This document shows, one piece after another, positions 48,501 through 56,090 of a DNA stretch of 64,000 nucleotides; positions within the stretch are counted from its first letter, which is position 1, and every line of letters begins with the position of its first letter. The notes beneath the pieces are model-generated. The model was not told where the DNA came from. It made no database searches and worked only from the letters and a program-made list of their open reading frames with translations. Origin of the DNA: Mustelus asterias (taxonomy: Eukaryota); contig NC_135826.1 in NCBI RefSeq assembly GCF_964213995.1, positions 41,850,001 through 41,914,000 on the forward strand, written 5' to 3'. The position numbers and the translations under genes are program-made.

Positions 48501-51500
48501 GGTAAATGTTAAGCTAGTTCATTTGTTGTAGTTAAACTGTGTTAAATAAAGTTTATTTTGATAAAAGCTTCCCAGTTTGTCAGTAGAATCGCGCCTGGAA
48601 TGAAACATCTTATCCTCACATTAATGCCAAAATAACAAACAGTTGGGGTCTAGTCTAACTTCATAATTACTTTGGGATTTCTGATTTCATACCCTGACAC
48701 TAACTTAATTTTTTTGAGGAAGTAACAAGGAGGATTGATGGGGTTAGTCCAATGGTTGCTGTTTACATGGGGTTCAGGAAGACCATTGACAAGGTGCCTT
48801 ATGGTAGAATGATCAGAAAGGTGAGATCCCATTGGATACAGGGGAAAGTGGCGAGTTGGAACCAGTATTGGTTCAGTGACAGGAAACAAAGGGTAACAGT
48901 TGATGGATATTTTTATGGGTGGAAAATGGTTTCCAGTGGTGTCCCACAGGGCTCAGTGTTGAGATCCTTGCTATTGTTGCATATATTAATGATTTAAGTT
49001 TTATTTATTAGTGTCGCAAGTAGGCTTACATTAACACTGCAATGAAGTTACTGTGAAAATCACCTAGTCGCCACACTCCGGCGCCTGTTCGGTTACACAG
49101 AGGGTGAATTTAGCATGGCCAATGCACCCTAACCTGCCTGTCTTTTGGACTGTGGGAGGAAACCAGAGCACCCGGAGGAAACCCACACAGACACAGGGAG
49201 AACGTGCAAACTCCGCACAGACAGCGATCCAAGCCGGGAATCGAACCCAGGTCCCTGGCGCTGTGAAGCAGCAGTGCTGATCACTTTAAACTAAAATGTG
49301 AGTGGCGTGATTGGAAAATTAGCAGATGACACAAAATGTTGCCATGTAGTTTATAGTGAAGAGGACAGCTGTCAACTCCAGAATAATATCAATGGTCTGG
49401 TTGAGTGGACAGAGAAATGGCAAATGGAATTCAATCTGGAAAAGTGTGAGGTGATGCATTTGGGAAGGGCAAATAAAGCAAGGGAATTCTCAACAAACGG
49501 GAAGATATTGAGAGGGGTTGAGGAAGCGAGAGTGCATGTCCACAGGTCCCTGAAGGTGGCAGGACAGGTGGACAAGGTGGTTAAGATAGCATTTGGAACA
49601 CTTTCCTTTATTGGGCGAGATATTCAATACAAAAATCAGGGAAGGAATGATGGAACTGTATAAAACACCGGTTATGCCACAATGGAATTTTTGTGCATAA
49701 TTCTGGACACCACCTAACAGGAAGGACATAACTGCTCTGGAGAGAGTGCAGAGGAGATTTACAAGAATGTTGCCAGGGCTTTAAATTTTCAGCAATGGGG
49801 AGAGATTGGATAGACTAGGGTTGTTTTCCTTAGACAGAGGAGGCTGGAGGGTGACCTGAGGTGTACAAAATTATGAGCGACTGAGAAAGGGTAGACAGGA
49901 AAGACTTGCTACTGTTAACTGAGGGGTCAGTTACCAGGGTACATAAGAGTTAAAATGATTGGTAGAAGGATGAGAAGGGACAAGAGGAGAAACTTTCTCA
50001 CCCAGAGGATGGTGGGTGTCTGCAATTCACTGCCTGAATTAGTGTTTGAGGCTGAAACACTCAACTCATTGAATAGGTTCCTGCGTCTGCATCTTAATTG
50101 TTGGAACATGCAAGGCGATGGACCAGGTGCTGAAAAATGAGATTAAAATGAGCGGCTAGTTTCTTTTCTCTCTTCTTTGGCTGTTGCAAACATGATGGGC
50201 TGAATGGCCTCTTTCTACACAGTAATTTTTCTATGATTGTTTTTATTTCAGATCTCCAGCAGCCATTCTATTTTCTGTTTGTCTCTCGGTCTCTATCTGC
50301 CTTTTTGCTTCATCTCGTGTGTGTGTTTTTCTCTGTGTGACTCATAGCTTTGCATAATGATATATAATGGGGGGCACGTAGAACAGGGAACAAATAGCAC
50401 AGGTGAGAATGTAACAAGCCAAGACAAATTTCTGCCCGAGACACACTGCTTTGATGTTTCTCTCTCATTTACTGACCTCTCTGTCACTTACAGTAAACTG
50501 CGAGAAAGACCTTGCTCTTGAAGAATTTTCCTTCACACTTGATGATGCACGTGTATTCATCCTCGTATATATCCAGCACCTTGTTGATTTGTAAAACCGA
50601 CTTTGAACTGGAAGAAGTCACTTTTCCGGGTGTTGAGTCAATGGTTTTCTCCCACCTTGGTTGACCACTTTGGCAGGAAGACTCACACATCAGCTCCACT
50701 CTCTCACCAATCCTTACAACAGGAACTTTCGGGGTAATGAGTAGAACCTCTTCTTTCCCTGTCACAAGAACTGGCGAACAAAGAATATATTGAGTTAGTC
50801 AATAAACCACAGGGTTCTACAAAAATGTCACTGGGGTGTTTGACGGGAGTGCAGAGGAAGCTCAACACTATAGGTACTGCAGGGCGGCACGGTGGCACTG
50901 TGGTTAGCACTGCTGCCTCACAGTGCCAGGGACCCAGGTTCATTCCCTGCTTCGGTCATTGTCTGTGCGGAGTCTGCACATTCTCCCCGTGTCTGCGTGG
51001 GTTTCCTCCGGGCGCTCCAGTTTCTTCCCACAGTCCAAACGATGTGTTGGTTAGTTAGGCGCATTGGCTATGCTAAATTGTCCCTTAGTGTATCCGAACA
51101 GGCGCTCGATTGTGGTGACTAGGGAATTTTCACAGCAACTTCATTGCAGTGTTAATATAAGCCTACTTGTGACTAATAACTAAATAAACATTAAACTCTT
51201 GTTGGTTTGGGTTCACTCGGGTTTATTTTCTCGCATTTAGCTTGTGCTTATTTATCAGAAAATCTAACCCACTGAACCAAAGAAGGTTCAAACTCAGGGC
51301 TGGGGGGCAGTGGTCATTCATGGCACCATGCCTATGCAAGTGTTTGCTAGACTATTCTCAAACTGGTCCCACTGCCCTGCTCTCCAGGTGATACAGTAAG
51401 AAGTTTAACAACACCAGGTTAAAGTCCAACAGGTTTATTTGGTAGCAAAAGCCACACAAGCTTTTGGAGCTCTAAGCCCCTTCTTCAGGTAACTCACCTG

Positions 51501-52434
51501 AAGGGGCTTGGAACTCCGAAAGCTTGTGTGGCTTTTGCTACCAAATAAACCTGTTGGACTTTAACCTGGTGTTGTTAAACTTCTTACTGTGTTCACCCCA
51601 GTCCAACGCCGGCATCTCCACATCATGGTCCCCAGGTGATAGAACAAAGAAGAAAGAAAAGTACAGCACAGGAACAGACCCTTTGGCCCTCCAAGCCTGC
51701 GCCGATCATGATGGCTACCTAAACTAAAACTGTACGCACTTAGAGTCAGTATCCTTCCATTCCCATCCTATTCATGTATTTGTCTCGTTGCCCCTAAAAT
51801 GACGCTATCCTATTGTTACAAATAATCTAACTTTCCTTTGAAAGTAGCAATGGTCTCTACCTCAAGGACTTGCTGAATCTAATCATTCCATTCTCCAAAA
51901 ATAGTACCTCTGTAAATACACTTTCTATAACCGCTAGCCTCCACCTCTGTGAGTTTTAGATTGGTGATCCTCTCATTGTTGACTCTCTAATTAGTAGAAA
52001 CCCATTCTCCCTCAAAACTCTTGATATATATTTTTTAAAAACCTGTATTAGAAGATTTCCTTCCAACTCAAAGTGCTCGAGTGGAAATAGCCCCTCTATC
52101 TCCAGTCTCCTCAATGCTCAATTCCTCCATTCCTGGTAGCATCCCTGTGAATTTACACTGTTCTCAAAACATGCAGATACCAAAGCTGTGATCAATGTTT
52201 TATTGAATTATGGTACATATTTGCACCTGAACATCTCCCAGTAAAAACTACAATTCAAACACATTTTTCTCAAGTTTCTCACAATTAAATCACCAAAGTT
52301 ACCTTTAAGTTTATAAGTACAGGTTTTGTCCACAAATATTTAGGTTGAGATTTCAAATCGTAAAATAAATAATACCTACCAAGAATCTGGATGAGTACAA
52401 ATAAAGTAAAAATTGGGGAAGAGATTTTTCTCAT
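18334..52434 (-). CDS. Spliced VCAM-1/MAdCAM-1-like Ig-superfamily adhesion molecule, 8 coding exons (52434-52380, 50770-50492, 46074-45751, 39605-39324, 35987-35715, 33003-32731, 20484-20212, 18512-18334), 645 aa, 6 Ig domains
   Basis: All seven introns are GT..AG and phase 1, and the joined frame is open from ATG to TGA. Signal peptide, 4-Cys D1 with IDS motif, D1/D2 junction YSFP (VCAM-1 has YSFP), TM followed by RKR. Orthology to VCAM1 versus MADCAM1 cannot be settled from sequence alone. Confidence 0.88.
18628..19213 (+). mobile_element. Rex1/Babar-type LINE 3' end
   Basis: CITAWYGSCSAQDRKKLQ; aataaatcaaatcaaa tail; same family as 31972-32618. Confidence 0.85.
19670..19784. mobile_element. 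Short MITE-like element
   Basis: Imperfect terminal inverted repeats gggtgggattttcc ... ggaaaattctgccc. Confidence 0.5.
19823..21437. mobile_element. Three HE1-type SINEs flanking exon 7 (19823-20160 plus, 20610-20920 minus, 21130-21437 minus with alternative tail)
   Basis: Recognisable head and central domain in each; the span also contains exon 7. Confidence 0.85.
20212..20484 (-). CDS. Exon 7: Ig domain 4, copy c (membrane-proximal)
   Basis: Same acceptor; donor G|GTACGT. Versus copy b it has 3 internal substitutions (ES>AG, R>W) and a different last 11 nt (VTVL versus VAVE). Confidence 0.9.
21999..23480. repeat. 31-33-bp purine-rich tandem array (21999-23070) followed by an inverted array of the same unit (23150-23480)
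   Basis: Unit ggggctggaggaggttacagagatagggagggttgta and its reverse complement. Confidence 0.92.
24370..24793 (+). repeat. 22-bp minisatellite, about 19 near-perfect copies
   Basis: Unit cacagcccagttactcccaatc. Confidence 0.95.
24794..25028 (+). mobile_element. Solo LTR (235 bp)
   Basis: TGTAAT...ATTACA inverted ends, internal AATAAA, flanked by actcc/cctcc. Confidence 0.75.
25121..25822. mobile_element. Two HE1-type SINEs, tail to tail (25121-25425 plus with alternative tail; 25500-25822 minus)
   Basis: Head and central domain in both. Confidence 0.85.
26076..27026. mobile_element. Penelope element with inverted arms and a GIY-YIG fragment, inserted in a Deu-domain SINE (about 25870-27140)
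   Basis: TMQTLRQRMNEHR motif; about 300-bp inverted arms; imperfect TSD tggct(g)aca(t/c)gtgac; hammerhead motifs at 26128-26162 (minus) and 26904-26938 (plus). Confidence 0.85.
27232..29230. mobile_element. Young Penelope-like element as a 2-kb inverted duplication; GIY-YIG endonuclease C-terminal ORFs 27350-28243 (minus) and 28191-28889 (plus)
   Basis: CKTC...NVVYLIRC...WYIGETMQTLRQRMNEHR...GLN. Arms 27232-28196 and 28238-29203 are nearly identical; 13-bp TSD catttggtgtaaa. Confidence 0.95.
29099..29135 (+). ncRNA. Minimal hammerhead ribozyme in the Penelope terminus (mirror copy about 27299-27335, minus)
   Basis: CAC-CTGAAGA-A-GGGGC-ttaga-GCCTC-GAAA-GC-TT-GTG. Confidence 0.7.
29545..31690. 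mobile_element. SINE/CR1 cluster: HE1 29545-29818 (minus), decayed CR1 30550-31690 (plus) interrupted by HE1 30750-31045 (plus)
   Basis: MEFNPDKCEVMHFGR plus CR1 tail; SINE central domains. Confidence 0.8.
31972..32618 (+). mobile_element. Rex1/Babar-type LINE 3' end
   Basis: ORF 31995-32459 ending RLKNSFFPAAVRLLN. Confidence 0.88.
32731..33003 (-). CDS. Exon 6: Ig domain 4, copy b (protein identical to copy a)
   Basis: Same splice sites as copy a; only 2 synonymous differences in 273 nt. Confidence 0.88.
33215..34490 (-). mobile_element. Decayed Gypsy-like LTR retrotransposon 3' portion (LTR split by a SINE at 33405-33670)
   Basis: LTR-like segment with minus-strand AATAAA, an adjacent purine tract (gtagggggaaga) and degenerate post-integrase-like sequence. 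Confidence 0.45.
34645..34930 (-). mobile_element. HE1-type SINE (alternative tail)
   Basis: Head, central domain and taataaaactttaaac tail. Confidence 0.85.
35715..35987 (-). CDS. Exon 5: Ig domain 4, copy a (I-set)
   Basis: Acceptor cctgattttccag|, donor T|GTGAGT. Protein GPRNVSI...LTCQGDANPEPNITW...DDQGLYECVVEN. Confidence 0.9.
36045..36401 (+). mobile_element. Deu-domain SINE (SacSINE1-like); related copies near 40190-40500, 56150-56450, 58600-59110 and 6590-6720
   Basis: Core ggaaggaaatctgc.gtccttacctggtctggcctaca..tgactccagagccacagcaatg; flanked by tcct on both sides. Confidence 0.75.
36887..37223 (+). mobile_element. HE1-type SINE
   Basis: Head, central domain and tail. Confidence 0.85.
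37224..38462 (-). mobile_element. Young CR1 LINE 3' part (same subfamily as 43844-45630)
   Basis: RT motifs DFSKAFDKVPH, GVPQGSVLGPLLF, FADD; one frameshift. Confidence 0.92.
39324..39605 (-). CDS. Exon 4: Ig domain 3 (I-set)
   Basis: Acceptor tttctgttaaatctag|, donor T|GTGAGT. Protein has IRCSGAGDPVPAITW...LYINELEPQDGGVYTC. Confidence 0.92.
39790..40140 (-). mobile_element. CR1 LINE 3' end
   Basis: RTELRRNFFTQRVVNLWNSLP plus tail. Confidence 0.88.
40760..41103 (+). mobile_element. HE1-type SINE
   Basis: Head, central domain and tail. Confidence 0.85.
41122..45630 (+). mobile_element. Host CR1 LINE (41122-41180 plus 43844-45630)
   Basis: The rejoined frame reads KENRKAFYSYV|RNKRMTR; RT motifs; tctaat at both outer ends. 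Confidence 0.9.
41181..43843 (+). mobile_element. CR1 LINE (partial APE endonuclease plus RT) nested in another CR1
   Basis: VYRPP, GDFN, LDLVL, SDHN, NYRPVSL, FADD; premature stop at 43240-43242; tcttatgt on both sides. Confidence 0.93.
45751..46074 (-). CDS. Exon 3: Ig domain 2 (I2/C2-type)
   Basis: Acceptor tttctttctttcag|, donor A|GTGAGT. Protein SFPHNPMVEL...TLVCLGRDLYP..IDVLWY...FTCEIQL. Confidence 0.92.
46287..46660. mobile_element. Penelope inverted insertion with hammerhead motifs (46346-46380 minus, 46531-46565 plus)
   Basis: Inverted arms; 10-bp TSD tgttcctgtg (46277-46286 and 46661-46670). Confidence 0.85.
46827..50240 (+). mobile_element. Old CR1 LINE fragmented by a younger CR1 end (about 46965-47415), a solo LTR and SINEs (48995-49285 minus)
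   Basis: Successive RT motifs KSPGPDG, QHGF, GVPQGSVL, ADDTK, MEFN are collinear across the insertions. Confidence 0.75.
47621..48699 (+). mobile_element. Solo LTR containing an HE1 SINE (47709-48045)
   Basis: TG...CA ends; ctaat/ctaac TSD; splits the host CR1 motif SCLTN|LI.FFEEVT. Confidence 0.75.
50492..50770 (-). CDS. Exon 2: Ig domain 1 (integrin-binding, ICAM/VCAM/MAdCAM D1 type)
   Basis: Branch-like GACTAAC, acceptor ttctttgttcgccag|, donor T|GTAAGT. Protein has MCESSC...RWEKTIDSTPGKV...YTCIIKC (two CxxxC pairs). An alternative in-phase acceptor lies 12 nt downstream. Confidence 0.92.
50881..51190 (+). mobile_element. HE1-type SINE (alternative tail)
   Basis: Head, central domain and tail. 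Confidence 0.85.
51394..51627. mobile_element. Penelope hairpin insertion
   Basis: About 100-bp inverted arms; TSD ccaggtgata (51384-51393 and 51632-51641); degenerate hammerhead cores. Confidence 0.85.
52380..52434 (-). CDS. Exon 1: signal peptide MRKISSPIFTLFVLIQIL(V)
   Basis: ATG with A at -3 (acaagATG), basic N-region plus hydrophobic core, phase-1 donor G|GTAGGT. Joins in frame to LVTG|KEE of exon 2. Confidence 0.85.
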
Positions 52435-52704
52435 CTTGTCCCTTTTGGAATGTCAGCTATTTTTAAATGAATAGTCCTGGGGTAAACTATTTAAATTAAA
52501 TTCACACTATAATATTGATGCCCAGGTTATCTCCAAGCTCACAACTCTACGAGGCTTCTCCAGAAGTTGGGAGTTCGTTACACAGCAGATTTTGTTCTCC
52601 CAGTAGACATTTCTCCAGACGCTGTGGGTTTCAATGAGTCCTGGACTTCTTATGAAGGGCTCTCTCTCTTCCTGAAAGGAAGAGGGATGGGTCTTGTCTT
52701 GCCA

Positions 52705-52802
52705 GTTATATCCTGGCCCCTCAGAGGGATTTCCCAAGGGTCACTTCTCTCATTGCACATTTCAGCTGTTTTAGCTGTGGAAACCACCGATTTGAAATGA
52801 AA
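52705..52802 (-). promoter_or_regulatory. Putative proximal promoter of the VCAM-like gene: NF-kB site, TATA-like box, IRF-like site
   Basis: GGGATTTCCC at 52726-52735 (consensus kB site); TATAA on the minus strand at 52710-52706, 15 nt further toward the gene; weaker kB-like GGTGGTTTCC at 52788-52779; GAAATGAAA at 52794-52802. Lies in unique sequence about 270-370 nt upstream of the ATG. Confidence 0.55.
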
Positions 52803-53869
52803 TTTCTCAGAGAACAAATCAATTGTTTGTTTCTAGAAATAATCATTAGGAACAGAGGAAAAGTCGCTTCATTTCCTTGAACTTGTTCCATCATTCAATT
52901 ACACCGCAGCTGATTTGTATCTTAACTCCATTTATTCAACTCAGTTCAGTAACCTTTAATATCCTTGCCTAACAAAAGTCTGCCAATCTCAATTTTTACC
53001 ATTCAATTAATTCCCAGCCCCAACAGACTTTGGGACAGAGAATTCCAGATTTTCATTCCCCTTTGTGTAAAGAATTGTTTCCACACATTGCCTAACTCCG
53101 CTCTTACCATCTGCTGCCAAAGACCCGCTTCCATGTTGCCTCTTAATTTCCTGGTTCCTGTACTCTCTTCATAGAATCATAAAAACCCGCACAGTGCAGA
53201 AGAGACCATTCGGCCCATTGAGTCTGCACTGACTCTCTGACAGAGTATCTGACCCAGGCCCTCTCCCTCACCCTGTCCCTGTAACCCACACATTCACCAT
53301 GGCCAATCCGTCTAACCTGCACATCTTGCAAGAGTCCCATCTTCCATCCTATCTAAACTTAAGCTCATTCAAAACTCTGCTGCCCACATCCTAAGTCTAG
53401 GCAAGTCCCATTTACCCATCGCTCCTGTTCTCTCTGATCTACATTGGCTCCAGTTGAGCACCATCTCATGTTTAAACTTTTCACATGGCTTCATCTTTTT
53501 AAGTCCCTGCGTGAGATAGCTGTACTCCTCCAATTCCGGCCTTTTGGGCACCAGGATTTCCATTTCTCCATCATTTGACAACCGCACCTTCAGATGCCAT
53601 GATCTGAAAGTTTGGAATTACCTCCCTGAATCACTCTGCCTCTTCCTCTCTCTTCTCCCTTAAGACACTTGTTAAATCCAACTTCACTGTCTAAGTTTTT
53701 GGTTATCTGCCCTAATATCCCCATGTGGCTCAAAGGTCAAATTTGATTCAATAATCACTCCTGTGGTGTCTTGGGAAACTATATTATGGTAATAAGCAAC
53801 TCTAGAAGGAGGTCAAAAAATTTACATAACTAGGGAAATACAACTGGAGCCAAGACTAAGAGTCAGTCT

Positions 53870-55044
53870 ATGGGGGGAATTTTACCATTTTGAGTCGAAG
53901 TGCTGGATCTGGGCGTCAAATAGATCCGCGCCCATGCACGTTTTGCCAGCTCCGGCCCGATCCGCGCTGTGGGCGGGGCTTAGCGCTGCCGGACCGATCG
54001 GAGCTCTGAACTGCGCATGCGCAGTTCGAAAAAAATCTGACAGCACGCCCGGGCATGAAACAAAAAGCAGAAAGCGGAGAGAGCGGCTCTCTGACGTTCA
54101 TCCTCTGGCCGGGGTGCAGTGGGTGGGGTGGTGGGGGGGGGGGGAGAGAGAGAGGAGAGGGGGTGTGACGTATCATCACCTGCGGGGGGGAGGAGAGGGG
54201 GTGTGATGTCTCATCCTCTGGTCGGGAGGGGGTTCCGCTGCCTGTCTGTGGCCGATCCCTCCTGGCACCATCACTGGGACACTACCAGCCACAGATTACT
54301 CTTCCCTGCAGGTGCAAGAGAGCGGGAGAGATGGCTGTGGCTGGTAGTGAACCAGTGATGGTGCCAGGAGGGATCGGCCACAGACAGGCAGCGGAATCCC
54401 CCCGACCAGAGGATGAGACATCACACCCCCTCTCTCCCCCTCCCCCACCCCGGCCAGAGGATGAACGTCAGAGAGCCGCTCTCTCCGCTTTTTGTTTCAT
54501 GTCACACCCCCTCTCCTCCCCCACCCCCAGGGGATGAGACATCACACCCCCTCCCCTCCCACCCCCCCCCCCCCCAGAGGATGAGACGTCACACCCCCTC
54601 TCCTCCCTCCCGCCCCCCTCAAGAGGATGAGATGTCACACCCCCTCTTCCCCCCCCCACCCCCGGGATGAGACGTCACACCCCCCTCCCACTCCGACCAG
54701 AGGATGACCTGGGTCAGAGAGCCGTTGCAGTCTCTGACCCCGCTCTTCGGAGGCTGCAGCGGCGACTTCAGACTTTTATTCTGCAGGTCGGTAACAGCGC
54801 TGACACGGATTGGGCCAGAAGACGGTAAAGTGGAATTTGGCGGTAGAGTTGGGTGCGCGGTTCATTAAGTCGATTGAAATGCATTTAAAATGACCTGCCG
54901 CCCGATTCGGGTGCGGGCCGGACCCGAGCCCAAATCGGGTGTCGGCAAAGCCGCGATCTGCTCAGATTCGGGTGCAGATCGCGTTAAAGGCCCGACACCC
55001 AACTTTACCGCGATTTCGCACCCGTTTTGGTAAAATCAGGCCCT
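53870..55044. mobile_element. GC/CpG-rich non-autonomous DNA transposon-like element with an internal hairpin and short tandem repeats
   Basis: Imperfect TIRs ggggaattttacca ... tggtaaaatcaggccc; ctatg at both ends; internal inverted segments about 54190-54290 and 54340-54440. Confidence 0.55.
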
Positions 55045-55276
55045 ATGTGTGTGCAAGCAGGCAGGTATTAGCGTGGGTGCCATCATCCAGGTGATTATAG
55101 ACAACCTGGTAGGTGAGTTTCCTTCCGGGTGTCAGGGAGGGAAGCAATGAAGCAGGTGGACCAACTTCTGGACAGAAAAGGGGAATTGGGCCAAAGTTAT
55201 AGTTCATGACAGAATAAACATGGGAAAGAAAAATAGGTTGGAATCTTTTAACAACAAACAATTTGCATTTTTCCCA

Positions 55277-56090
55277 AATCCCTACAGTGCAGAAGGAGGC
55301 CATTCGGCCCATCGAGTCTGCACTGACCACAATCCCACCCAGGCCCTATTCCTGTAACCCCACGTATTTAAGTTTAGCCTGCTAATCCCCCTTACACTAA
55401 GGGGCAATTTAGCATGGCCAATCCACCTAACCCGCACATCTTTGGACTGTGGGAGAAAACCGGAGTAACCGAAGGAAACCTACGCAGACAGGGGGAGATG
55501 TGCAAACTCCACACAAACAGTGACTTGAGGCTGGGATTGAACCCGGGTCCCTGGTGCTGAGGGGCAGCAGTGCTAACCACTGTATCACCGTGCCGTCTGG
55601 CACTTGTAATGCAATAAATTGTCCCAAAGTGCAGCACAGGAACGTTATTATAAAATGTTGACTCCAAGTCAGATAAGGAAACATTTGGGCTCAAAATGAC
55701 CTAAAGTTTGGGCAAAAGAGATAGGTTTTAAGAATTGTCTCAAAGTGGGAAGTGCAGTTGGGTTTAAAAGGTTTTCACTAGTAGGAAAAACTAGAACCAG
55801 AGGGCACAACCTCAGGCTAAAGGGACAATCCTTTAAAACAGAGATGAGGAGGAATTTCTTCAGCCAGAGGGTGGTGAATCTGTGGAACTCTTTGCCGCAG
55901 AAGGCTGTGGAGGCCGGGTCATTGAGTGTCTTTAAGACAGAGATAGATAGGTTCTCGATTAATAAGGGGATCAGGGGTCATGGGGAAAAGGCAGGAGAAT
56001 GGGGATGAGAAAAATATCAGCCATGATTGAATGGTGGAGCAGACTCGATGGGCCGAGTGGCCTAATTCTGCTCCTATGTCTTATGTTTTT
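55277..56090. mobile_element. HE1 SINE (55277-55596 minus) and CR1 3' end (55765-56090 plus)
   Basis: SINE domains; RTRGHNLRLKG...RVVNLWNSLP. Confidence 0.85.
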
